Shown here one piece after another: positions 18,805 through 30,928 of a stretch of DNA of 64,000 bases. A program made the position numbers and the translations under genes. Below the pieces are notes generated by a model that saw only the letters and a list, made by a program, of their open reading frames with translations, was not told the DNA's origin and searched no databases. The stretch spans positions 5,344,001 through 5,408,000 of the forward strand of contig OZ242010.1 of assembly GCA_965204745.1 (NCBI GenBank), in the 5' to 3' direction. The first letter of the stretch is position 1, and every line of letters begins with the position of its first letter. Origin of the DNA: Candidatus Latescibacterota bacterium (GTDB lineage: Bacteria > Latescibacterota > UBA2968).

Positions 18805-20073
18805 ATGTTCGGAAGACGCTGGATCGCGCCCCTGTCGACCGGGGCGGTTATGGCGGGCAGTTTTGTTGCGATGCTGGCATGGGGCGGGCGAGTGCCGGTT
18901 TTTTTTGTGCTCTTTGGCCTGGCGTCTGTGGCCTATTTGATTGCGGTTTGGCATTGCGACCGCATGCCCTTGCCGGTGATCGCGGTCGCCGGCATCGCGT
19001 TTCGGGTGATTATGCTCTTTGCCACACCCGCGCTGTCCGATGATGTTTATCGCTATGCGTGGGATGGGCGCGTGCAGTGGGCCGGCATCAATCCGTATTG
19101 GTTTGCACCGGCCGCGGCCGAGTTGGCGCATTTGCGAGACGCGCGGATTTATCCCCATATCAATCACCCGGAACTGCCGACCATCTATCCGCCCGGCGCG
19201 CAAGTGGCGTTCTGGTTGGGATATGGCATGTCGGGGGGTATCGCGGGCATCAAGGCATTGCTCGCGGGCGCGGATTTGCTCGCGGGCTGGCTGTTGGTGC
19301 GGTTGCTCGGGCACTTCAATCAGCGAGCGCAATGGGTTTTGATCTATCTGTGGCATCCGCTGGTGGTGGTGGAGATCGCGGGAAACGGGCATCTCGAAGC
19401 CCTGGGCATCGCGGCGGTGTTGGGCGCGTTGTATTGCTTTTTTAAGGGCAGGGACTACATCGCACTCGGCGCGCTGGGCGGGGGCGTTTTGGTGAAGTTC
19501 CTCCCCGTCGTTTTGTTGCCCGCGTTCGCGCGTTGGAAAGGATGGCGACCGCTAAATTGGCCCGCACTGCTCATCGCGTTAGGCGTGGTGTCGCTGGGTT
19601 ATTTGCCGTTTGCCTGGGCGGGTGCGCCGGTTTTTGGCAGCTTGGGCGCGTACGCACAACACTGGTCGTTTAATAGCGCGGCATTCGATGTTCTCGTGTT
19701 GCTTTGCGGCGACGGGCAACTCGCGCGGGGCATCATCGCCGCGCTTTTTGTCGGGATCGCGCTGTGGCTCTCGTGGCGGCGCGTGTCCGCATTGCGCCAT
19801 GCGTATCTGACTGCTGCGGCCTTTGTCCTGCTGACGCCTACGCTGCATGCGTGGTATGTGGTGTGGCTGATTCCATTTCTCGCGTTCTATCGGCATCCCG
19901 CGTTGATCGCGTTTTCCCTGCTGGTGGTTTTGTCCTACGATGTTCTGATTCCATATAAAGCCACTGGCGTGTGGGAAGAAGCCCCGTGGGTGCAATGGGC
20001 CGAATTTGGCGGCGCAGCACTGGTGGGCGTCACGGCGTCGTTCTGCAAGCGAAAAGAGAAACGGAAATCTTGA
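18805..20073 (+). CDS. GT-C membrane glycosyltransferase (GT87-like)
   Basis: LSDDVYRYxWDG, GINPY, TIYPP, WHPL, GHLE and WY motifs; polytopic. Confidence 0.8.
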   Translation: MFGRRWIAPLSTGAVMAGSFVAMLAWGGRVPVFFVLFGLASVAYLIAVWHCDRMPLPVIAVAGIAFRVIMLFATPALSDDVYRYAWDGRVQWAGINPYWFAPAAAELAHLRDARIYPHINHPELPTIYPPGAQVAFWLGYGMSGGIAGIKALLAGADLLAGWLLVRLLGHFNQRAQWVLIYLWHPLVVVEIAGNGHLEALGIAAVLGALYCFFKGRDYIALGALGGGVLVKFLPVVLLPAFARWKGWRPLNWPALLIALGVVSLGYLPFAWAGAPVFGSLGAYAQHWSFNSAAFDVLVLLCGDGQLARGIIAALFVGIALWLSWRRVSALRHAYLTAAAFVLLTPTLHAWYVVWLIPFLAFYRHPALIAFSLLVVLSYDVLIPYKATGVWEEAPWVQWAEFGGAALVGVTASFCKRKEKRKS

Positions 20074-20124
20074 CGAAAATAGGGCGTTGTTTTTATTTTA
20101 TTCAACTCGAAGGATTCCGCGATA

Positions 20125-20465
20125 GGCTGACCGCTACCCTCTTGTATCTTCAGGCGAACACGGGGACATCGCCCCTACACACTACTCGCCTTTGAACTGG
20201 CTGTCGCCAGTTGTACCCCGCTCGTGCTTTTTGTGGCTAATCGCCCCTTGTGGCTCACTTCAGGTAGGGTGGTCGGGCGGGGACTGACAACTGACAACTG
20301 ACAACTGACAACTGCCTCTTGTGCCTTTGAACGGGCTATCGCCAGTTGTACCCCTTTTGTGTTTTTGTGCCTTTGAACTGGCTGTCGCCAGTTGTACCCC
20401 GCTTGTGGCTAAAATCCCATCTCACGTCTCACGTCTCACGTCTTACGCTTTTCACGTCTCACGCT
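20125..20465. repeat. Composite intergenic repeat: REP-like end, three 36-bp hairpin elements, (CTGACAA)4, (CTCACGT)n
   Basis: Read directly. Hairpin elements at 20189, 20324 and 20370. Confidence 0.85.
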
Positions 20466-20488
20466 TTTGATCGAAAGGAGAAAAATAG

Positions 20489-20977
20489 ATGGTGGTGTTG
20501 CGAGTTGTGTCCCTGTTCTTCATACCGCTAGTGTTGGCATGCGGCGGGCAAAAGCAGGCGGCGAACGCCCTGTTTGAGGAGGGCGAAAAGGCCACGCATG
20601 ACGTGGCGACGCATCCGGTTGCCGAGGCCAAGTTGTCGGAATTTTTGGCGCGGTTTCCGGACGATCCGCGCGCAGAAGTGGCTTTGCAAGCCCTGGCGCG
20701 AGTGTTGATCAATTTGCAAAAATACAAAGAAGCCATTACGCGATACGAAACCCTGATCGAGCGGTTTCCGCAGAGCCGATATCGCGTGCAAGCGCGATTT
20801 ATGATCGGGTACATCCACGATCAACAAGGCGATCACGAAGAGGCGCGGGCGGCCTATCAACAGGTCGTGGATGCGTATCCGACCTCCGAGTTGGCAGACG
20901 ATGCCAAAATTTCGATTCAAAACTTGGGCAAGACGCCCGAGCAGTGGTTGCGTTCCAAACCCATCAACCGAGAGTGA
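20489..20977 (+). CDS. TPR lipoprotein (CpoB/BamD-like)
   Basis: AAGGAG RBS, lipobox VLAC, TPR-like YPxS repeats. Confidence 0.8.
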   Translation: MVVLRVVSLFFIPLVLACGGQKQAANALFEEGEKATHDVATHPVAEAKLSEFLARFPDDPRAEVALQALARVLINLQKYKEAITRYETLIERFPQSRYRVQARFMIGYIHDQQGDHEEARAAYQQVVDAYPTSELADDAKISIQNLGKTPEQWLRSKPINRE

Positions 20978-20981
20978 TGCG

Positions 20982-21986
20982 ATGTCAGTTGGATCAGTCG
21001 GACAGGATATTCAAGTTATCAATGAACGGGTCGGGCGCGAGAGCGCGTTTGTCGATAGGCTCATGACCGAAGTGGGCAAGGTTATCGTCGGGCAGCAGGA
21101 TATGATCGAGCGGTTGCTGATCGGCCTGTTGTGCAACGGTCACGTCTTGCTCGAAGGCGTTCCCGGCCTGGCCAAGACCCTGGCGGTCAATTCATTGGCG
21201 CAGGCGATTCGGGCGTCTTTTAAGCGCGTGCAATTCACCCCGGATTTGTTGCCCGCGGACTTGATCGGCACAATGGTCTATCACCGCGAGACCGGGCAAT
21301 TCGTCGCGCAACAAGGGCCGATTTTCGCCCAACTCGTGCTCGCGGACGAAGTCAATCGCGCCCCGTCAAAGGTGCAAAGCGCGATGCTGGAAGCCATGCA
21401 GGAACGGCAAGTCACCATTGGGAACGAGACCTTTGCCATGCCCGATCCCTTTTTGGTGCTGGCAACGCAGAATCCCATCGAGCAAGAAGGCACGTACCCG
21501 CTGCCCGAAGCGCAGGTGGACCGGTTCATGCTCAAAGTGCGCGTGACGTACCCCAACAAGCAGGAAGAGCGCGCCATCGTGGATCGCATGAGCCGAGACG
21601 ACGCCCCGCACATTGAAGTGATCACAACGACCGAAGATCTCATTCGCGCGCGCAAAGTGACCGATGAGATTTACATCGACGCCAAGATCAAGGACTACAT
21701 CGTCGATCTGGTGCTGGCGACCCGAGATCCGGGCGCGTATCGCTTGGGCGATTTGCACGCCCTGATAGAATTTGGCGGGTCCCCGCGCGCATCTATCGCC
21801 CTTGCCCGAGCCGCCAAAGCCCATGCGTTTTTGCGCCACCGCGGCTATGTCACCCCCGAAGACGTGAAGGCCATTGGCATGGATGTCCTTCGCCACCGCA
21901 TCTTGGTCACGTACGAGGCCGAAGCCGAAGAAATCGACTCGGAAGAGATCGTGCGCCAAATATTCGATCACGTTGAAGTGCCTTAA
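20982..21986 (+). CDS. MoxR-family AAA+ ATPase
   Basis: LLEGVPGLAKT, RVQFTPDLLPAD, LADEVNRA, ATQNPIEQEGTYPLPEAQ, SPRA. Confidence 0.95.
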   Translation: MSVGSVGQDIQVINERVGRESAFVDRLMTEVGKVIVGQQDMIERLLIGLLCNGHVLLEGVPGLAKTLAVNSLAQAIRASFKRVQFTPDLLPADLIGTMVYHRETGQFVAQQGPIFAQLVLADEVNRAPSKVQSAMLEAMQERQVTIGNETFAMPDPFLVLATQNPIEQEGTYPLPEAQVDRFMLKVRVTYPNKQEERAIVDRMSRDDAPHIEVITTTEDLIRARKVTDEIYIDAKIKDYIVDLVLATRDPGAYRLGDLHALIEFGGSPRASIALARAAKAHAFLRHRGYVTPEDVKAIGMDVLRHRILVTYEAEAEEIDSEEIVRQIFDHVEVP

Positions 21987-21994
21987 AGGCGGGA

Positions 21995-22160
21995 AGAAGC
22001 AAGAGGGGAGAAGCAAGAGGGGAGATGAGAGAAGGCCACCGCGCTATCCCTCTCAAGTGGTCAGTAGTCAGTAGTCAGTGGTCAGTAGTCAGTAGTCAGT
22101 CCCCGCCCGATAGCCCATCCACAAGTAAGAAGCAAGAGGTGAGACGGGAGAAGGCCACCC
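21995..22160. repeat. Composite heptamer repeat: (AGTRGTC)6 plus GAGA-type heptamers
   Basis: AGTGGTC/AGTAGTC array at 22056-22100, flanked by AAGCAAGAGGGGAG units. Confidence 0.85.
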
Positions 22161-22213
22161 CAACACCCCAAAACCCGATGCACTTCGTCGATTTGTCTAT
22201 TTTAGGAGAAAAA

Positions 22214-23239
22214 ATGAAAACACATGTATTTACCAGCGGGCAAGCGGGGTATCACACCTACCGCATTCCCGCATTGTCGGTGACAAAAGCGGGCACCTTG
22301 CTGGCGTTTTGCGAGGGGCGGCGCAATGGCCGCGGGGATCACGGGGATCTCGATTTGCTGGTGAAGCGGTCGGAAGACGGGGGCGAAACCTGGTCTGAAC
22401 AGCAATTGATTTACGGCGAGCCGGGCGAGGTGACGATAGGCAATCCCTGTCCCGTTGTGGATGCGAACACGGGCGCGATCTGGTTGCCGTTTTGTCGGGA
22501 AAATGACGCTGTGTTGATCACACACAGCGAGGATGATGGCAAGACATGGGCCGATCCCGTGGGGATCACCGCGGATGTGAAGAAGGCCACCTGGAACTGG
22601 TATGCGACAGGGCCGGGCATTGGCATTCAACTCCAACGGGGGGAACACGCGGGGCGGTTGGTGATCCCGTGCGACCATCGAGCGGATGAAATGTACGGCA
22701 ATGGTTCACACGTCATTTACAGCGATGACCATGGGGCAACGTGGCACCTGAGCGCGTCGATCACACCGGGGGCAAATGAGTGTCAGGTCGTGGAATTGGA
22801 CGATGGATCGTTGATGATGAATATCCGGATGCAGACGCACAGCGACGGGGTGCGCGGGATTTCGGTGAGTCGAGATGGAGGACACAATTGGTCCGAGATC
22901 GTCCACGATGCGAATTTGCCGTGTCCAAAATGTCAGGCGAGTTTGGTGGGCAAAGGCGACCGATTGGTATTTTCAAATCCCGTATCGCCCACGCCGCCAG
23001 AAAATCCCGCGCGGGGAACCCGATTTTATCCGGGCAAGGGCCGAGGCGAGCGCGTGAACCTAACCGTTCGGTTGAGTGAAGATGGCGGGCGGACATGGCC
23101 TTGGAGGAAATTGTTGTACAAAGGCCCGGCAGCGTATTCGTGTTTGGCACTCTTACCCGATGGCGACATGAGCTGTTTGTATGAGGCGGGAGAAGCGCAT
23201 CCGTATCAATACCTGATTTTTGAGCGGTTTAGAATATAG
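22214..23239 (+). CDS. Sialidase (GH33-like, BNR/Asp-box)
   Basis: YRIP motif and five Asp boxes (SEDGGETW, SEDDGKTW, SDDHGATW, SRDGGHNW, SEDGGRTW). AGGAG RBS; no signal peptide. Confidence 0.9.
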   Translation: MKTHVFTSGQAGYHTYRIPALSVTKAGTLLAFCEGRRNGRGDHGDLDLLVKRSEDGGETWSEQQLIYGEPGEVTIGNPCPVVDANTGAIWLPFCRENDAVLITHSEDDGKTWADPVGITADVKKATWNWYATGPGIGIQLQRGEHAGRLVIPCDHRADEMYGNGSHVIYSDDHGATWHLSASITPGANECQVVELDDGSLMMNIRMQTHSDGVRGISVSRDGGHNWSEIVHDANLPCPKCQASLVGKGDRLVFSNPVSPTPPENPARGTRFYPGKGRGERVNLTVRLSEDGGRTWPWRKLLYKGPAAYSCLALLPDGDMSCLYEAGEAHPYQYLIFERFRI

Positions 23240-23249
23240 CTTGCAAAAT

Positions 23250-24029
23250 TCAAAATCGGCGTTCGGACGAACGACAACAGCGAAAACCAATTTCCTTCCC
23301 CTGCCATCTGGGATCGAGCCGTCCGCGCTCCTGTACCCTGACGGCCGGCGCGCCATTGACCCAACTGCCACCTCGCATCACGCGCAATCCCCCACTTTCT
23401 GGCCCCTTGGGATTTTGTTGCGGGCTGTTGCGATAATAATCCACCCGGTACCAATCGGCCACCCACTCCCACACATTGCCCGCCAAATCAGCCACCTCAA
23501 AAGGACTCAGGCCCTTGGGAAAACTGCCAACGGTCGCGGGCTTGCCCAAATGCCCATTAAAGTTCAATTTTGTCGGATCGGGTTCCCCGTTGCCCCATGG
23601 ATAGATTCGCCCATCGCCACCTGCCGCCTTTTCCCACTCCGCCTCTGAACACAACCGTTTGCCTGCCCACGCGCAAAAATCTCGGGCATCGAACCAGTTG
23701 ACGCAGACGACCGGTTGCCGTGCAACATTAAACCCGACCGAATCGATACAGGCCGATGGGCCGCGTCCCGTTGTCGCAACGAATAATCGGTACTCCGCAT
23801 TGGTCACTTCAAAACGATCGATCCAGAAAGCCTCCAAAAACACCCCATGCGCGGGGCCTTCATCGCGGCCAAATTCATCGGTACCCATCACAAATTCGCC
23901 CGTTGGAATTTGCACCATTTCTGAGACCCCTTCGGGCGTCGCTTCCGGCTGAACGGGAAAATCATCCCCGCAACCGGCGAGCAATCCCATCCCTATCAGC
24001 GCACGCAGAAATTTCAGAACACACGACAT
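23250..24029 (-). CDS. FGE-sulfatase/SUMF1-domain lipoprotein
   Basis: Lipobox LLAGC; FVMG, EVTNxEY, RLxSEAEWEKAA, GNVWEW, RGGSW, GFRC. Confidence 0.9.
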   Translation of the reverse strand: MSCVLKFLRALIGMGLLAGCGDDFPVQPEATPEGVSEMVQIPTGEFVMGTDEFGRDEGPAHGVFLEAFWIDRFEVTNAEYRLFVATTGRGPSACIDSVGFNVARQPVVCVNWFDARDFCAWAGKRLCSEAEWEKAAGGDGRIYPWGNGEPDPTKLNFNGHLGKPATVGSFPKGLSPFEVADLAGNVWEWVADWYRVDYYRNSPQQNPKGPESGGLRVMRGGSWVNGAPAVRVQERGRLDPRWQGKEIGFRCCRSSERRF

Positions 24030-24140
24030 CGCAATCGATCTCCTAAATTATGCGGTTGGGATAGCGCAGAAACGGGATGGCGGAACCGCGTCCTTTAAGG
24101 TGAACGAACAGAGCTATGCGACAAGAGATGATCGCACTTC

Positions 24141-24175
24141 AAAAAAAAAGGACACCCAGTTGGGTGTCCTCTTTT
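24141..24175 (-). terminator. Rho-independent terminator of groEL (possibly bidirectional)
   Basis: AGGACACCCA-gt-TGGGTGTCCT inverted repeat, with an A-run on the left and a T-run on the right. Confidence 0.85.
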
Positions 24176-24193
24176 GCTGAAAAGCTGACCGCT

Positions 24194-26138
<1,945 letters not shown>

Positions 26139-26187
26139 TGCTATGCCTCCTTGTGCGAGGTGGGGTAAAAAACGAAACGATTTCTTT

Positions 26188-26214
26188 TTAGCACTCTTGG
26201 CCTTCGAGTGCTAA
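26188..26214. promoter_or_regulatory. CIRCE operator (HrcA binding site)
   Basis: Perfect TTAGCACTC-N9-GAGTGCTAA upstream of groES. Confidence 0.97.
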
Positions 26215-26223
26215 CGCGGGCAA

Positions 26224-26252
26224 AATATATCAAAGTCCCTTTGACTACGCAA
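26224..26252 (-). promoter_or_regulatory. Sigma70-type groESL promoter
   Basis: Minus strand TTGCGT-17 nt-TATATT immediately upstream of the CIRCE. Confidence 0.7.
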
Positions 26253-26319
26253 GAAAAAATTAAAAAGTGGGACGATCTCTCTCGAGACCGCCCCACTCAA
26301 AAATCGATCATCGCCCAAA

Positions 26320-26766
26320 TTACTCGGCATTGTACATCTCTTGAAACGCCAGCACGAGATCGCGCAAGGTTTGGGCATTGGCCGGGTCTGTGGTCTGTTT
26401 GCACTTCATGGCCGTGCGAATGATTTTGTGCAACGCGACCAGCTTATCCGTATAGGCTTTCATCGCCGCGGCGTCATCCGCTGCTGGCTCTGTGATTCGC
26501 TGCGCGAGGAAATATTGCGCCACGACATCGCGGATGTGGTCCGCGTGGTGCTCTTTGTTGATCACCCACCGCACGATCTGATTGTCATTTCTTTCGCTTT
26601 CCCCGGACAACTTGTCGATTTCGTTCATCGACTTTTCAATGGTGTCCACATCTTCCAACAGGGCCGCAAACCGCCCCTCATCGCCGTAAATCCCGCACGG
26701 AATCTCGCAGTGCGCGCCCACGAGCGCGGGATAGAGGAACAACATCACAAAAAAACAGCGTCTCAT
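26320..26766 (-). CDS. sodN: Nickel superoxide dismutase with signal-peptide-like leader
   Basis: Ni-hook AHCEIPCGIY, RWVxxKExHA, YFL, KQ. Confidence 0.93.
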   Translation of the reverse strand: MRRCFFVMLFLYPALVGAHCEIPCGIYGDEGRFAALLEDVDTIEKSMNEIDKLSGESERNDNQIVRWVINKEHHADHIRDVVAQYFLAQRITEPAADDAAAMKAYTDKLVALHKIIRTAMKCKQTTDPANAQTLRDLVLAFQEMYNAE

Positions 26767-26835
26767 CTCGATCTCCTTTTGGTGAAATGTTCACAACTGC
26801 GTCTCGCGGACAATATAACACAAATCCGCCCAAAA

Positions 26836-27921
26836 TCAAAATCCCCACATTCGCAACGCCGCATCGGTCTTGATGTCCAACCCCATCGCGCGCAAGGGCT
26901 CGCGGCTGTCCAACAAAAATCGCTTGACCGCCCCGATGCCCACGACAAAGCCCAAACCGGGCTCGACCACCTCGCGCTCTGCAACCGAAATTTGACCGAG
27001 CAACTCGGGCGACAACACAGTGCCCTCGTTCAACCTTTGGTCGGGCAGCAACAACCGGAACGTCTCGGTTGTAGCCCCGCGGCACAGGCCCACGAGTTCC
27101 AAATTGGGCAAGCCATCGCGCACCGCAACCACGGGCCCGCCGCTATATCCCGCACGGATGGCCGCATCGACAAAAAACCGATCCTCGTGATAATCGTCCA
27201 AACTCACCGTGCCCGCGGTGAGGCGCGTCTTGCTTTTTGGGTGGCCGACGATATAGACAAAATTGCCCCATTGCAGCTCCGACGTCTTGCCGATAGGCAG
27301 CAAAAAGGGCGAGGGCTTCCGCATCACATGGGGGATATTGAGTTTGAGCAACGCGAGGTCCGCTTCCCGGTCCAGGCGAATAATTTTTGAATGGATGCTC
27401 TCGCCGTCGCGGTTGACCACCTGCAATGCCGCGCTGGTCTTAATGGAAATCCGCTCGAGCACGCTCGTTTCCATGCCACGCGCATCCCGCATGTAATACC
27501 GAATGGTATCGGCCGCGGTCACCAGATGGGCAGCCGTCAGCGCGATTGCGCTGTCGTACTGATTGGCAACCGATTGCCGCGCGATCACGAGGGCCGTGCC
27601 CACCTTGGAATACGAATCCACGGTTTTGCGGATGCCATCTCGCAACAGCCGATAGCCCGTGGGGCTGTTTTCGTCTGCGAGCGGCAAGCGCAACAACAAG
27701 CCCCGGTCATTTCTCATACTATGCGTGTAAAACACATTGGCGTATTGCGGCGTCCAGATAACTTTCACGGTAGAAACAAAGAGGGTTTCAAATCCAGATT
27801 GGGCATTGCCCCGCCCAACCGGCACGCGATAATCGTATTCGCCATCCGGCGCCAAAACGTATTGCGCGGCGCATCCCATCAGAGCCATTGGCATCAACGT
27901 GAAAAACCAGACCTTTTGCAT
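26836..27921 (-). CDS. Trypsin-like serine protease lipoprotein
   Basis: Lipobox LMGC; catalytic triad motifs LTAAH, DLALL, GYSGGP. Confidence 0.85.
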   Translation of the reverse strand: MQKVWFFTLMPMALMGCAAQYVLAPDGEYDYRVPVGRGNAQSGFETLFVSTVKVIWTPQYANVFYTHSMRNDRGLLLRLPLADENSPTGYRLLRDGIRKTVDSYSKVGTALVIARQSVANQYDSAIALTAAHLVTAADTIRYYMRDARGMETSVLERISIKTSAALQVVNRDGESIHSKIIRLDREADLALLKLNIPHVMRKPSPFLLPIGKTSELQWGNFVYIVGHPKSKTRLTAGTVSLDDYHEDRFFVDAAIRAGYSGGPVVAVRDGLPNLELVGLCRGATTETFRLLLPDQRLNEGTVLSPELLGQISVAEREVVEPGLGFVVGIGAVKRFLLDSREPLRAMGLDIKTDAALRMWGF

Positions 27922-27971
27922 TGCTTTTTCGCGCCCTTTCCGTATATTCCCATGTCGTTTTCTTCCACCGC

Positions 27972-27999
27972 AGTATAACACTTCGGCACTCGAAGTCAA
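27972..27999 (-). promoter_or_regulatory. Putative promoter of the protease gene
   Basis: Minus strand TTGACT-16 nt-TATACT with TGn extended -10. Confidence 0.5.
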
Positions 28000-28038
28000 G
28001 CGCTGCCATCCTCTCCCGCCTCTTCTCACGCTACCATA

Positions 28039-30225
28039 ATGAACAATACGTCTGTCTCACGCGATCAGGTCTTGGCCGTTGCGCGCCAGCAATCCAAGCA
28101 CCCGCTCAAAATGCGCGAACTCGCCCGCGCCCTTTCCGTACCCGATAGAAATTATCCAGCATTTCGCAACCTGATTCGCCGCATGGTGCGCGACGGTAGC
28201 CTCGTCAAGTTGCGCCACAACAAGTACGGCCTGCCATCCGCCCACGGCCACGCGGTTGGTCGCATCGCCATCCAAATTAGTGGCTACGGCTTGGTCGCGC
28301 CCGAAGACGGAGGCGAGGAGATTTTTGTCGCGGCGAAACACCTCGGGCAGGCCCTACACGGCGACCGCGTTGTGGTGCGCGTCACCTGCGGGGCATGGGG
28401 CGACAATCGGCCAGAAGGCGAGTTGATTCGCATCGTTGCACGCGCCGAGCAGCGCGTGGTGGGCACATATTTCGATAAGAGGTTCGGCTTTTTTGTCTCT
28501 GACGATCCGCGTATCCAAATCGACATTCCCATCCCCAAGGACCCGCCCCACAGAGCCGAGCACGGCCAAAAGGTCGTGGTTCATCTCACATTTCCCGCTG
28601 TTCACGCGCCTCCCCAAGCGCGGATTGTCGAAGTCTTGGGCGATTCCGACGATCCGAACATCGAGACCCTGGTCTTCATCAAAAAACGCGGCCTTCCCCT
28701 CGAGTTTCCCGGTCCTGTACTCGATGCGGCAGACGCGGCTCCGCAACACATCCCACCCGCTGAAATTGAACGTCGCCTCGACTTGCGCGCCCTGACCTGT
28801 TTTACTATCGACCCGGCAGACGCACGCGATCACGACGACGCCGTGTCCCTGCAAGTCTTGGACGACGGGAACTACTGCTTGGGCATTCACATCGCCGACG
28901 TCAGCCACTACGTGCCCGAGGGTTCGCCCCTCGACCGCGAGGCGATAGAGCGCGGTTGTAGCGTTTATCTGCCCGACCGCGTGATCCCAATGTTGCCGGA
29001 AAAACTCTCTGCGAATATCTGTTCCCTGCGCCCGTGCGAAGACCGCCTGACCATGAGCATCCTGGCGCGCATCGCGCCCGAAGGCGAGTTGATCGACGCG
29101 CAGATTGCAGAAACGATAATCCGCAGTCGCGGCCGCCTGTCTTATGAAGACGTGCAAGATGTGCTCGACCAGCGCGACGGCGACAACCCCGCCCAGGCCT
29201 TTGCCGATATCCTCAAGCGCATGGACGCGCTGCGAAGTGGGCTAATGGCGAACCGCAGAAACAGAGGCGCGGTTGATTTTGAAATTCCCGAACCGCAGAT
29301 CGTCCTCGATGACGAGGGCCAGCCCATCCATATTCATCCGCGTGCCCGACTGAACAGCCACCGCCTCATCGAAGAATTTATGCTCTTGGGCAATGAAATC
29401 GTCGCCCGATACATGACCGAACGCGGCATGCCCATTCTCTACCGCGTACACGAACCGCCCGATAGCGAAAAACTCGCGGCGTTTTTCAGCATGGGCAAAG
29501 CCCTGGGCTATCGCCTGTCCAAGCAAGCGCTGACAAGGGGTAAGTCAGCATCCACGCGGCGCGGCACCATCCAGCAATTTCTCGACGAGTTCAAGGGCAA
29601 ACCCATCGGCCATATCTTGTGCAACCGCCTGTTGCGCTCGATGAAAAAAGCGGTCTATACACCCGTCAACCGCGGTCATTTTGGGTTGGCCTGCGATACT
29701 TATACGCACTTCACGTCGCCGATTCGCCGCTATCCCGATCTGATCCTCCACCGCGCCCTCCGAGACGCGCTCAACGACGCGACCACGCCGACCAGCATGG
29801 CGCGCCTCGCCCGTCGCCTGCCCGATATTGGCGACTTGACGACCGAGCGCGAAATCGCCGCGCAAAGGGCCGAGTGGGATGCTGTTCAGTTGATGCAAAT
29901 TCTCTATCTCGAAAACAAAATAGGCCGGCATTTTGATGCCACTATCGTAGATGTGCGTCCCATCGGCTTTTTTGTGCAACTTTGCGATGTGCTCATCGAG
30001 GGTTTGGTTCACGTCAAATATCTCGACGACGATTATTATACTTATCGCGAATTGCAAGGTACGCTCGTTGGCGACTACACCGGGAAGACCTTTCGAATCG
30101 GGGATTCGGTTCGCGTGCAACTCGCCCAACTCGACCGCCAACGCCTACGGATCGACTTCCACCTCTTGTCGCACAGGAAAAATAACAACCCCAAACGCAG
30201 TCGGAAAAGACGCGGGAGCAGGTAA
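28039..30225 (+). CDS. rnr: Ribonuclease R
   Basis: FTIDPxDARDHDDA, HIADV, LIEEFML, HFGL, YTHFTSPIRRYPD, S1 domain and basic tail. Confidence 0.96.
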   Translation: MNNTSVSRDQVLAVARQQSKHPLKMRELARALSVPDRNYPAFRNLIRRMVRDGSLVKLRHNKYGLPSAHGHAVGRIAIQISGYGLVAPEDGGEEIFVAAKHLGQALHGDRVVVRVTCGAWGDNRPEGELIRIVARAEQRVVGTYFDKRFGFFVSDDPRIQIDIPIPKDPPHRAEHGQKVVVHLTFPAVHAPPQARIVEVLGDSDDPNIETLVFIKKRGLPLEFPGPVLDAADAAPQHIPPAEIERRLDLRALTCFTIDPADARDHDDAVSLQVLDDGNYCLGIHIADVSHYVPEGSPLDREAIERGCSVYLPDRVIPMLPEKLSANICSLRPCEDRLTMSILARIAPEGELIDAQIAETIIRSRGRLSYEDVQDVLDQRDGDNPAQAFADILKRMDALRSGLMANRRNRGAVDFEIPEPQIVLDDEGQPIHIHPRARLNSHRLIEEFMLLGNEIVARYMTERGMPILYRVHEPPDSEKLAAFFSMGKALGYRLSKQALTRGKSASTRRGTIQQFLDEFKGKPIGHILCNRLLRSMKKAVYTPVNRGHFGLACDTYTHFTSPIRRYPDLILHRALRDALNDATTPTSMARLARRLPDIGDLTTEREIAAQRAEWDAVQLMQILYLENKIGRHFDATIVDVRPIGFFVQLCDVLIEGLVHVKYLDDDYYTYRELQGTLVGDYTGKTFRIGDSVRVQLAQLDRQRLRIDFHLLSHRKNNNPKRSRKRRGSR

Positions 30226-30316
30226 TTTTGAACCTTTATCGCGCTCAAACATTAAAGGCCATATATTTTTCGGTTGATGTATCAACGGCCCTGCGGTCAC
30301 TTCAAAGGAGGAAGTC

Positions 30317-30847
30317 ATGATAACGAGACTTTTGGTCATCTTCGTTTTGATGTTGTTTTCAGGTGTTGCTTTTGGTGCTTCACCTAATCCGAGTGTTGAA
30401 GAAAGATTGGCGATACTCGAGACAAAATTTGATGCGTTGAGCAAACAGATCGAAGCCAATCATCAATCCACACTCAAGTTGATTGAAGTCAGTAATGAAG
30501 CAACGAACAAGCGGATCGATGCCAGCAATGAAGCAACGAACAAGCGGATTGATGCGTTGAGCAAACAGATCGAAGCCAATCATCAATTCATACTCAAGTT
30601 GATTGAAGTCACCAATGAAGCAACGAACAAGCGGATTGATGCCAGCAATGAAGCAACGAACAAGCGGATTGATACCTTAAATAATTGGGGGATTGCGCTA
30701 TTCGCGGGTGTCTTGGCGTGGACTGGGGTTTTCATAACCCATGCGTTGGGGTTTTGGGGCGTTTCTAAACGCGACAACGCTGTGACAACGCCAACAGACG
30801 CCGATAGGCCAGAAGCGAGCCCAGTGATACAATCCGCTGATGCATGA
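30317..30847 (+). CDS. Signal peptide + coiled-coil + C-terminal TM protein, paralog 1
   Basis: AAAGGAGG RBS. Module order B-A-A-B-A-A (A = S/TNEATNKRIDA, B = LSKQIEANHQSTLKLIEV). Confidence 0.85.
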   Translation: MITRLLVIFVLMLFSGVAFGASPNPSVEERLAILETKFDALSKQIEANHQSTLKLIEVSNEATNKRIDASNEATNKRIDALSKQIEANHQFILKLIEVTNEATNKRIDASNEATNKRIDTLNNWGIALFAGVLAWTGVFITHALGFWGVSKRDNAVTTPTDADRPEASPVIQSADA

Positions 30848-30928
30848 TGGGTCGGTTGTCCTATTTGGTCGCGTGAACCGATAAAACGCGCCTACAACGG
30901 CCCTGCGGTCACTTCAAAGGAGGAAGTC

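Noticed and set aside
22025-22213. N-terminal extension of the sialidase (WSVVSSQ repeats)
   Set aside because: Translation of the heptamer array. The RBS supports ATG 22214.
23250-24029. Diversity-generating retroelement target (FGE/CLec fold)
   Set aside because: No reverse transcriptase and no template-repeat copy of its 3' end seen in the window.
26780-26796. Rex-like operator upstream of sodN (TTGTGAA-cat-TTCACCA on the minus strand)
   Set aside because: Spacing is one base short of the Rex consensus and has a mismatch; cannot be assigned.
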